From NCBI GenBank assembly GCA_947631495.1, contig CANRLO010000001.1, positions 33,060 through 97,059 of the forward strand: a stretch of 64,000 nt of DNA, read 5' to 3'. Positions within the stretch are counted from its first letter, which is position 1. Every line of letters begins with the position of its first letter. The position numbers and the translations under genes were made by a program. Below, piece after piece: positions 38,443 to 46,774 of the stretch. Below the pieces are notes generated by a model. That model was not told the DNA's origin and searched no databases. It saw nothing but the letters and a program-made list of their open reading frames with translations. Source of the stretch: an uncultured Clostridia bacterium. GTDB taxonomy: Bacteria; Bacillota; Clostridia; TANB77; CAG-508.

Positions 38443-38658
38443 AATTTTACCTCCTTAACAAATTTGTTTACGAGATTTTTAGAATCTTATTCTTTGTTTA
38501 AAGTGCCCTCCTAAAATTATTTTGCAAGTTTACGAGTTACATAATTTATAAAATTATAGCATAGGAAAATAGAAAAAACAAGTAGAATTAAAAATTATTT
38601 ACACAAAATAATTAAGCTTACATAAAATATAATATATAGAAATAAAGGTAGGTGCAAG

Positions 38659-39402
38659 ATGAAAGAAGTTTTAAAAGTAAAAGACATAAGCAAAAAATAC
38701 CAAGCAGAAAATGGAGAGGTAGAAGCTTTAAAAAATATTAGTTTTTCTATTGAAGAAGGTGAATTTGTAAGCTTAATTGGACCAAGTGGATGTGGAAAAT
38801 CAACAGTACTATCAATTATTGCAGGCTTAGAAGAAAAAAACTCTGGCACAATAGAAATAGATGGAGAAATTGGTTACATGCTACAAAAAGACAGTCTTTT
38901 AGAATGGCTTACAATTTATAAAAATGCGCTTTTTGGCTTAGAAATACGAAACCAAAAAACAAAGGAAAATGTGGAATATGTGGATAACTTACTTAAAAAA
39001 TATAATTTATATGAATTTAAAGACAAATATCCAAACCAATTATCTGGAGGAATGAGGCAAAGAGCAGCGCTTATTCGTACTTTAGCCATAAAGCCAAAAA
39101 TTCTACTATTAGATGAAGCCTTTTCTGCGCTAGATTATCAAACAAGAATAATGGTAACAAAAGATATTTATGATATTCTAAAAAATGAACACATTACAAC
39201 TTTAATGGTAACACATGATATTTCAGAAGCAATAAGTATGTCAGACAGAGTAATTGTGCTAAGTAATAGACCAGCAGTAGTAAAAGAAATTCATAAAATA
39301 GAGTTTGAAATAGAAAATAGAACTCCACTAAACTGTAGAGAAAGTCCAAAATTTAGTAAATACTTTGATACCATTTGGAAAGGACTAGATGTACATGGAT
39401 AA
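38659..39402 (+). CDS. ABC transporter ATP-binding protein (NitT/TauT type)
   Basis: Walker A GPSGCGKST, signature LSGGMRQR, Walker B LLLDEAFSALD. Confidence 0.9.
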   Translation: MKEVLKVKDISKKYQAENGEVEALKNISFSIEEGEFVSLIGPSGCGKSTVLSIIAGLEEKNSGTIEIDGEIGYMLQKDSLLEWLTIYKNALFGLEIRNQKTKENVEYVDNLLKKYNLYEFKDKYPNQLSGGMRQRAALIRTLAIKPKILLLDEAFSALDYQTRIMVTKDIYDILKNEHITTLMVTHDISEAISMSDRVIVLSNRPAVVKEIHKIEFEIENRTPLNCRESPKFSKYFDTIWKGLDVHG

Positions 39403-40196
39403 AGAAATAAAGATATCAGAAGATAGAAAAAAATATTTACAAAAGAGGAAAAGAGAAAAAATACTAATTAAAATAGTACAATTTAGTATTATTATAGGCA
39501 TAATTGTATTGTGGGAAGTACTTGCAAACCAAGGAATTATTGATAGCTTCATTATGAGCCAGCCATCTCGTATGGTAAAAACATTTTTTAATTTATCTAG
39601 CAATAATTTATTGGAACACTTAAAAGTAACCTGTTTAGAAACTTTAATTGGATTTTTACTTGGAACCTTTTTAGGAGCCATTATTGCTATTTTCTTATGG
39701 TGGTCAAGGTTCTTATCAAAAGTAGCAGAACCATTTTTAGTGGTGTTAAACAGCCTTCCAAAAGTAGCACTTCGGACCAGTCATAATTATTTGGGTAGGA
39801 GCGGGAATGCCAGCCATTATTGTAATGGCATTAGCAATTTCGTTAGTTGTCACCATACTAGAAATATTAAATGGGTTCTTAAATACCGATAAAGAACTAA
39901 TAAAAATGGCAAAAACCTTCCATGCCAATAAATTTCAAATATTAACAAGAATTATCATTCCTGCTAACAAACACACCTTTTTTAACTCTTTAAAAGTCAA
40001 CATTGGACTATCTCTAGTAGGTGTTATTACAGGAGAATTCCTAGTATCAAAAGCAGGGCTTGGTTACCTAATCGTCTATGGTGGGCAAGTATTCCAGTTA
40101 GACTTAGTAATGACAAGCGTTATCATACTTGCCGTAGTTGCTTATATTATGTACCAAGCAGTCGTTTTACTAGAAAAGTTATTGGTAAAAAAATAA
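39389..40196 (+). pseudogene. ABC transporter permease with a single-base frameshift (or assembly error)
   Basis: Removing C39773 joins the two listed ORFs: ...LNSLPKVALGPVIIIWVGAGMPAIIVMALAISLV... (268 aa). Confidence 0.8.
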
Positions 40197-40254
40197 AACA
40201 AAAAAGAGGTGAAATATTCACCTCTTCTTTGTTTACAGATATTACTTGGAAACG

Positions 40255-42090
40255 TTACATGCCCTCCACATTTAACTCTTCTGTGCCAGGCAGTACAAAC
40301 TTTCCATTTTGAATAATAGGAATGCGAACATCTCCATTGATGGCAACAATGTCACCAAGTTCGTAGTAAGGAATGGTAACGTCGGTGTGAACACCAAAAT
40401 AAGCTTTGCTAGAGTCTACAGTTCTTTGCAGTGAAATCTCATTGTCTTTGGCAATAATTTCTTTACCATCTGGATTATAAACTTTTGTCTCTTCATCCAT
40501 AGAATAGCAAGTATCACCAAAAGCAAAATGAGGTCCCGTTTTCTCTGCAATCAAAATGTCTAACTTGTCATTGATGTGGTACTTATTTCCCATGACATAG
40601 GCATAGGTATTAGTGCCGATAGCAAACTCACCCATAGGCAAGGTTTTGTTATCGAAGAGTAAGTGCTCATTGACATATTCCCTATTTTCCTTGTCAGTAG
40701 GAAAGTTCTTGCAAGAATACTCTGTAATCATACCGTCTTTTATCTGAAGGAATAAATCGGTAAATTTCCACCCGTCAAGATAAATTTCAGATACGTGCAA
40801 AGTGCCATTGGTACCATTTAACTTAGGAGAGGTAAAGACTTCCCCTACCGGTACATTTACATCTGCACAACAGTTTTCAAACAAAGTCTGCGTTTTAGAG
40901 TCTTCTAAACTTGCTAGAGCAACCGTTAAGTTTGTTTTATTTCCATTTTTACCAGTGATATGAACATACTTAGCAGTGTCTAATACATCAATGATACTCT
41001 GATGAATGGCTTCATACTTATCATTATCAAGGGTATTTAGGAAAATCGTATCATCGAAAATACTTTCAAAATCTTTTCCAATTTCCGGACAAGGATAAGA
41101 AATGATAGTAAAGGAAGTATTCTTTCGAATATACTCCTCATACAAAATAGCATATTCTGTATCAAACCAGCTGTTTAAAGTAGCTAACTCCTTATCCTTT
41201 TCGAAAACTTCATCACCATTTTTAGGAATAAAACGATTCTCCCCAAAAGACTCAATATAGATAGCACCTGCATATTTTTCATACGTTTGCTGATGCTCCA
41301 TGAGCAATTTTTTAAAGCAAGCAAGATAACTATCTGTATAATTTTGCGACAAATAGAATTGGTAGTCATATCGATGGTTGTAAGATAATTGCTTATCAAA
41401 TTTATTTCCATATAAACGAAGGACCACTTTCCACTTGCCTTCTAAAAGCATGCAGATTTTTCTAGCTAACTTCTCAAAGCCAATAGGATAAAACAGCATC
41501 ACATATTCTTTGGAAGAAGCCTCAATATTAGCATGCTTCATCCCGCGCAGGAAACAATCAATAGTGCAATTTGCCATAGAAGTAAGCTTTTCCTCACTAA
41601 TAGAGTTAAAGTAATCGACAATTTGCATTTGGTTTTTTGTAATGTTTTCACCATAGTAATACAAATAGTTGTAAGTATCCAAATCTGCATGGAATACAAC
41701 CTGAGAAATAGGATTATCCACTACGGTTGTTCTTTCAATGATAGCACTTACATTAAAAGGAATATCCGTGAGAAACTGGAAAAGGATATCATGTAAAGAA
41801 GAACTTGCACCAGACTCTAAGCAAGAATCAGCATCGTTTAAAAAATTAAAAAAGTAAGGGCAGTCTTTATCTTTTAAGCAAAAATGATGATATAAATTTA
41901 AAACCGTATATGCCAAAAGATTATGCAGTTTTTCTTCTTCGCTTGTTTTTTGCGTAAAAATAGGACTTGCATAGAAACACTGAAAACGAGCTTGCAACCT
42001 TTGCAGTTCTACCAAAGATAGATGTGCTAAATCGGTTTCATATACCTCCTGATAAAATTTTGTTACTTCCTTAATAAAGTTAGTAATCAT
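40255..42090 (-). CDS. M29 (aminopeptidase T/PepS)-like protein with a long N-terminal extension
   Basis: C-terminal GEFAIGTNTYAYVMG...ILIAEKTGPHFAFGDTCY matches the M29 GEFxIGTN...EK..HIAxG pattern. Confidence 0.6.
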   Translation of the reverse strand: MITNFIKEVTKFYQEVYETDLAHLSLVELQRLQARFQCFYASPIFTQKTSEEEKLHNLLAYTVLNLYHHFCLKDKDCPYFFNFLNDADSCLESGASSSLHDILFQFLTDIPFNVSAIIERTTVVDNPISQVVFHADLDTYNYLYYYGENITKNQMQIVDYFNSISEEKLTSMANCTIDCFLRGMKHANIEASSKEYVMLFYPIGFEKLARKICMLLEGKWKVVLRLYGNKFDKQLSYNHRYDYQFYLSQNYTDSYLACFKKLLMEHQQTYEKYAGAIYIESFGENRFIPKNGDEVFEKDKELATLNSWFDTEYAILYEEYIRKNTSFTIISYPCPEIGKDFESIFDDTIFLNTLDNDKYEAIHQSIIDVLDTAKYVHITGKNGNKTNLTVALASLEDSKTQTLFENCCADVNVPVGEVFTSPKLNGTNGTLHVSEIYLDGWKFTDLFLQIKDGMITEYSCKNFPTDKENREYVNEHLLFDNKTLPMGEFAIGTNTYAYVMGNKYHINDKLDILIAEKTGPHFAFGDTCYSMDEETKVYNPDGKEIIAKDNEISLQRTVDSSKAYFGVHTDVTIPYYELGDIVAINGDVRIPIIQNGKFVLPGTEELNVEGM

Positions 42091-42244
42091 ATGCTTTTCC
42101 TCCTAATTTAATCTGTAATTTTATAATAGTTAATAGAGACTTGCACAAAGTATATCATAAAATTATGTAAATAGCAAGAAAAAAAGAAAAATTTTTTTAA
42201 GACTAAGTTACCTTTATATTAGAAATTGAATACAATATACAAGA

Positions 42245-42451
42245 ATGAAAAATCATTCAAAAAATAAGAATAGACTATCCTTAGTAGGTGTTATTACAGG
42301 AGAAATCCTAGTATCAAAAGCAGGACTTGGTTACTTAATAGTATATGGTGGGCAAGTATTAGTAATGACAAGCGTTGTCATACTTGCCGTAGTTGCTTAC
42401 ATTATGTACCAAGCAGTAGTTTTATTAGAAAAATTAGTAGTAAAAAGATAA
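42245..42451 (+). pseudogene. Duplicated 3' fragment of the ABC permease gene
   Basis: [57 protein letters not shown] is nearly identical to the end of 39389-40196, minus FQLDL. Confidence 0.75.
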
Positions 42452-42490
42452 AAAGAGGCCTAAGTTATAACATAACTTAGGTCTTAAACA

Positions 42491-42772
42491 TTAGCGACGG
42501 CGATCAAACCAAATAGCCTTTGCCATTTGCTCACCTTTCTCTGGGTTTTGCAAAAAGCTAAATACTATGTTTTCTATTAAAGGAACAGGATATTTTTCTC
42601 CATCTATTTGCATAAAATAAAACCAATCACTATTGTACATACGAGGATTGTAAACCTTGTATAACCAATAACTTCTTTTACCAGCGCTACCTTTATATTC
42701 TAAAAGTAGTAAAACATCTCCACAAGAAGTACATGCTTGCGCATCAGGATAGTGTACTATTGTTTTAGACAT
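42491..42772 (-). CDS. Small hypothetical protein (93 aa)
   Basis: GGAGG RBS. A CTSC motif only. Confidence 0.45.
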   Translation of the reverse strand: MSKTIVHYPDAQACTSCGDVLLLLEYKGSAGKRSYWLYKVYNPRMYNSDWFYFMQIDGEKYPVPLIENIVFSFLQNPEKGEQMAKAIWFDRRR

Positions 42773-43006
42773 ATGAAATTCCTCCTTCTTTTTAAAATTT
42801 TAAATACAAGGATTACAAAAAAATACTAATAAAATATACTACAAATACGAGTATTTGTCAATAAAATGCCAGATAGAAAACAAAAACTATAAAAGAAGTC
42901 ATTTCTCAATTTTCTTTCAAAACCAAGTTACCATCATAAGGAAAAGCGAATACAATATACAAGAATGATTTTTAACATTCAAAAAAATAAGAAAGGAGAA
43001 AGAAAA

Positions 43007-44017
43007 GTGAAAAAATACTTAATAATTGCACTTATTATAGTACTTATCGTAGTAGGGGTAATAGTTTACTTCGTAACAAGAGAAGACACGCAAACTAGCT
43101 CCCTAACAAAAATACGTTTAAACGAAGTAACTCGTTCCGTCTTTTATGCACCACAATATGTTGCAATAGCAAAAGGCTTTATGGAGGAAGAAGGCTTGGA
43201 AATTGAAATTACAACAGGGCAAGGAGCAGACAAAGTAATGACAGCCGTTTTAGCAGGCCAAAGTGACATAGGATTTGCAGGACCAGAAGCATCAATTTAT
43301 GTGTATAATGAAGGAAAAGAAGATTACTGCGAAGTCTTTGCACAATTAACACAAAAAGATGGTTCCTTCTTAGTAAGCAGAGAGCCAACAGACAACTTCA
43401 GCTGGCAAGACTTAAAAGGAAAAACAGTAATTCCAGGAAGAAAAGGTGGAGTTCCATACATGACCTTTGAATATGTATTAAAACAAAATGGAATCAATCC
43501 ACAAACAGATTTAATCTTAGATGATAGCATCAAATTTGACCTAATGGCAGGAGCATTTTCAGGAGGAACTGCAGACTATGTTACACTATTTGAGCCAACT
43601 GCAACTATGACAGAACAAGCAGGAAAAGGCTATGTAGTAGCATCAGTAGGAGAGGCTTCTGGTGAAATACCATACACAGCATACTTCGCAAGTAAAAGTT
43701 ATATAGAAGAAAACAGTGACATCATTCAAAAATTCACCAATGCAATTTATAAAGGACAAAAATGGGTAGCAGAGCATAGCATGAAAGAAGTAGCAGAAGC
43801 AATACAAAGTTTCTTCCCAGACACAGACGTAGAACTACTAGCCACGGTTTTACAAAGCTATAAAGATATAGATGCATGGAAAACAGACCCTGTAATGAAA
43901 GAAGAATCATATAACCTATTGCAAACAGTAATGGAAGAAGCAGGAGAACTAGAACAAAAAGCACCATTTGAAAAAGTAATCAACAATAGCTATGCCCAAA
44001 AAGCAATGGAACAATGA
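43007..44017 (+). CDS. ABC transporter substrate-binding protein (NMT1/THI5-like)
   Basis: GTG start behind AAGGAGA, TM/lipoprotein-like anchor, periplasmic-binding fold pattern. Last gene of the ATPase-permease set. Confidence 0.72.
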   Translation: MKKYLIIALIIVLIVVGVIVYFVTREDTQTSSLTKIRLNEVTRSVFYAPQYVAIAKGFMEEEGLEIEITTGQGADKVMTAVLAGQSDIGFAGPEASIYVYNEGKEDYCEVFAQLTQKDGSFLVSREPTDNFSWQDLKGKTVIPGRKGGVPYMTFEYVLKQNGINPQTDLILDDSIKFDLMAGAFSGGTADYVTLFEPTATMTEQAGKGYVVASVGEASGEIPYTAYFASKSYIEENSDIIQKFTNAIYKGQKWVAEHSMKEVAEAIQSFFPDTDVELLATVLQSYKDIDAWKTDPVMKEESYNLLQTVMEEAGELEQKAPFEKVINNSYAQKAMEQ

Positions 44018-44036
44018 TACAAAATAAAAAATGAAT

Positions 44037-44092
44037 AGAAGGGATGCCCCTTTTCGTTCCATTTTGGAACGCTGGGGACACCCTTCTTTTTC
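44037..44092 (+). terminator. Nested-hairpin terminator, repeat family 2
   Basis: AGAAGGGATGCCCC TTTT CGTTCC-ATTTT-GGAACG CT GGGGACACCCTTCT followed by TTTTT. Confidence 0.7.
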
Positions 44093-44302
44093 TATGTTTT
44101 TTTATTACAAGCTTGTTACAGTTTTATGACAAATAGTTAGTAAATATTGACAAAGAAACGTAAATAAAATATACTCAAAATAGTAGTAACTTATAAACAT
44201 AAAATGCAATAAATCGTAAAAAATACTAACAAATATATTTAAGGAAAATAAGGTTAAAGTAAATTTTATTTTGATATTTTTTATGAAAAAGGGAGGAAAA
44301 CA

Positions 44303-45625
44303 ATGAAAAGAACAAAGGAAAAAGGAATTACGCTAATAGCTTTAGTTATAACAATAGTTGTACTAATCATTTTAGCAGGAATAAGCATTAACTTAGTATT
44401 AGGAAAAAATGGACTATTTACGAAAGCAAAAAATGCTTCTGTAGAAATGGAAAAAGCAAAATTTGTAGAAGATGCAGGATTAGCATATTTAGAAGCATAT
44501 ACGGAAAAATTAGATGAACCTAACTCTAACCAGATAACGGTAGGAGACGTGGTATCTAAATTGGAGTCTAGTTATGGTTATACAGAAGAACAAATAAAAG
44601 TTAATGAAAAAGAAGTATCACAAATAACATTAAGTGGAACTCAAATATTTTTAGAGCCAGGTGGAACAAGAGAAATATTAGTAAACTTAGAAACTGCATA
44701 TTATGTTTTAATAGAAAACTTATATTATCCAATAACATTAACAAATTCAGAAATAACATTAGGAGAAGGAGTAAAAAGTATTCCAGAAGAGGAAACAACA
44801 AATAAATTATCAGCACAAGCAACAATAGGAAGTGAAAAAGTAGATATAACAGTGGCAGATGCAGAAACAGTTATAACAATAAATGCAAAAGAAGGGCAAG
44901 AAGGACAAGCAACAATAGTAGTAACATATGGAGAAATAACAAAAGAAATAGTAGTAACAATAAAAAAGATAGATTTAGGAGAAGTAACTATCGCAGAAAA
45001 TACTACACTTACAAATGGATGGAAATATTTTTATGATGATGAAAAAAATAATAAAGTATGGTTAATATATGATGGAATATTAGAAGCAGAAGCTCATCAA
45101 ATTAATAGTGATGGAACAATACAACTAAGCGGAAACAATGTAAAATCATCAAAAGCTAGACAAGATTTAATAAATTACTTAAATGGTACAGAAAGTTACG
45201 AAGATAGTTGGGACCATATAAAAACAGGCATAAAAAATGCATTAAATGCAAAAAAAATAAATGTCCAAGAAAGCGAAATAGAAGTAAAAGGTTCTCCAGA
45301 TATCGAGCTATTCCAAAAAACATACAATCAGATGTATCCAACTGAAAATTTTAAAGTGAATAAAAATGATACAGGTTATCAGTATAGATTTGGTGCAACT
45401 GGAAATTTTACTAGTGATGTTAAAGTAAGTAATTATTTAAATAAACCATTATTCTTTTTGAGTAGTAATTACTGGTTGGCGAGTCCATCAGCTAATGGCG
45501 ATAGTAGCGTGTGCAGTGTGAGCTATAGAGGAAACTTTAGTTATGGCGGCTATGGATACTCTAACATTGGGGCTCGCCCCGTAATATCCATTCCAAAAAC
45601 TGCATTCGATAAATTAGTAAGTTAA
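44303..45625 (+). CDS. Protein with a type IV pilin-like N-terminus and an Ig-like repeat region
   Basis: MKRTKEKG|ITLIALVITIVVLIILAG class III signal-like segment, with Ala where Glu5 is usual. No pilus assembly genes adjacent. Confidence 0.55.
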   Translation: MKRTKEKGITLIALVITIVVLIILAGISINLVLGKNGLFTKAKNASVEMEKAKFVEDAGLAYLEAYTEKLDEPNSNQITVGDVVSKLESSYGYTEEQIKVNEKEVSQITLSGTQIFLEPGGTREILVNLETAYYVLIENLYYPITLTNSEITLGEGVKSIPEEETTNKLSAQATIGSEKVDITVADAETVITINAKEGQEGQATIVVTYGEITKEIVVTIKKIDLGEVTIAENTTLTNGWKYFYDDEKNNKVWLIYDGILEAEAHQINSDGTIQLSGNNVKSSKARQDLINYLNGTESYEDSWDHIKTGIKNALNAKKINVQESEIEVKGSPDIELFQKTYNQMYPTENFKVNKNDTGYQYRFGATGNFTSDVKVSNYLNKPLFFLSSNYWLASPSANGDSSVCSVSYRGNFSYGGYGYSNIGARPVISIPKTAFDKLVS

Positions 45626-45804
45626 ATGCATTTAAAAAGATAAAATTAAAAATTTGGATATAGGAATTTCTCAAGCAAGTATGAGTCCGCTTAAGAAGGA
45701 ATATATAAATAAAAATGTAAATAGTAATTAGAAAAAATGCCAAAAATTATGCAATTTTGGCATTTTTTAAATTTTATAAAAATATGAAAATAATTCTTCT
45801 TCAC

Positions 45805-46428
45805 CTAATACAACAACTTGAACTTATTCCCACTTTTAGAAATAAAACCTTCATCAATCAAACTTTTAATCTCTCTCATCATAGCACTTCTATCTACACT
45901 TAAATAGTCGGCAAGAGTTGTTAAAGAAAAAGGAACAGTAATATTCTTGCTAAAACTTTTCACCGATAAAATAGAAAAGTAGCTAAGTAATTTTTCTCTG
46001 ATAGTTCTTTTTGACAAAATCTCAATTCTTGCATTTTGGTGTACAACTTTATTTAAAATTAGCTCCAAAAGAAGAGAAATAAGACTTGCATGAAACTTAC
46101 AATTATTCTTACACTTTACATGAACATCATCATATAAAAACAAAAGAACTTCACAATCTTCAGTTGCTAAAACAAACAATTCATTATTTGTATTTACAGG
46201 ATAGAAAGCTTCTCCAAAAATATCATTGGCATTGAAGCGGTCAATAATATCTTTATTTCCATTGAAATCATAACGAATTAAGTCTGCTTTGCCAGAAAGC
46301 AAAATGCAAATTTGTCTTCTCTTTTCAATATAAGTAGTAATAATACTTCCTTTTGAAAAGAATTTTTTTTGCATTTTTATACAATTATCAGCAATATCTT
46401 TAATTAAAGCTAAATCATCCATATTCAT
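45805..46428 (-). CDS. Crp/Fnr family transcriptional regulator
   Basis: cNMP-binding-like N-domain and C-terminal HTH SLTTLADYLSVDRSAMMREIKSLIDEGFI. Confidence 0.85.
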   Translation of the reverse strand: MNMDDLALIKDIADNCIKMQKKFFSKGSIITTYIEKRRQICILLSGKADLIRYDFNGNKDIIDRFNANDIFGEAFYPVNTNNELFVLATEDCEVLLFLYDDVHVKCKNNCKFHASLISLLLELILNKVVHQNARIEILSKRTIREKLLSYFSILSVKSFSKNITVPFSLTTLADYLSVDRSAMMREIKSLIDEGFISKSGNKFKLLY

Positions 46429-46693
46429 TTCATCCTTTCACATTAAAAGAAGAGTATAATATATCATTTAAATTGTATTTTTTACTAAATATAAAGATAA
46501 AATTTTACTTTATTATCTCAAAAAGTAAAAAGTTTGTCAAAAAATAGCTATTTTCATTATGTTAAGATTATACCTCAAAAAGCTTGATATTGCAATAAAA
46601 ATCGACAAAATTTTTTTGTAACGAAAATGTAATATTTCTCCTTTTCTTAGAAACATATAGGATACAAAATTTTAAAAAATATTTTTTAAAATT

Positions 46694-46735
46694 TGTTGCA
46701 AATGCAACAGAATTTAAAAAATTTTTTTATATAAT
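46694..46735 (+). promoter_or_regulatory. Palindrome TGTTGCA-AA-TGCAACA plus TATAAT: candidate class II Crp/Fnr-dependent nrdD promoter
   Basis: Perfect 7-bp arms at 46694-46709 (5-N6-5 reading TGTTG-N6-CAACA). The -10 TATAAT is at 46730-46735, so the palindrome centre is ~41 nt upstream of the predicted start site. Confidence 0.4.
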
Positions 46736-46774
46736 AAAGGCATACAAACAAAAAACGAAAGGGGAGCCAAAGAA

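Noticed and set aside
38443-38658. TPP riboswitch ahead of the NMT1/THI5-type ABC operon; also GTTTACGAG direct repeats as an operator.
   Set aside because: No CUGAGA/ACCUGAUCUGGAUAAUGCC-like TPP core is visible. The 9-mer repeat occurs only twice, which is too weak to call.
38595-38849. 84-aa minus-strand ORF overlapping the ABC ATPase start.
   Set aside because: It lies antisense to the Walker A region. The divergent promoter region already has an XRE regulator further upstream.
42245-42451. The 68-aa ORF as a genuine small membrane protein gene.
   Set aside because: It is a near-exact duplicate of the permease 3' end fused to a duplicated leader, so it is treated as a rearrangement scar.
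46429-46774. Cobalamin riboswitch or NrdR boxes upstream of nrdD.
   Set aside because: The leader is only ~35 nt with no conserved B12-box. The palindrome does not match the NrdR-box pattern as I recall it.
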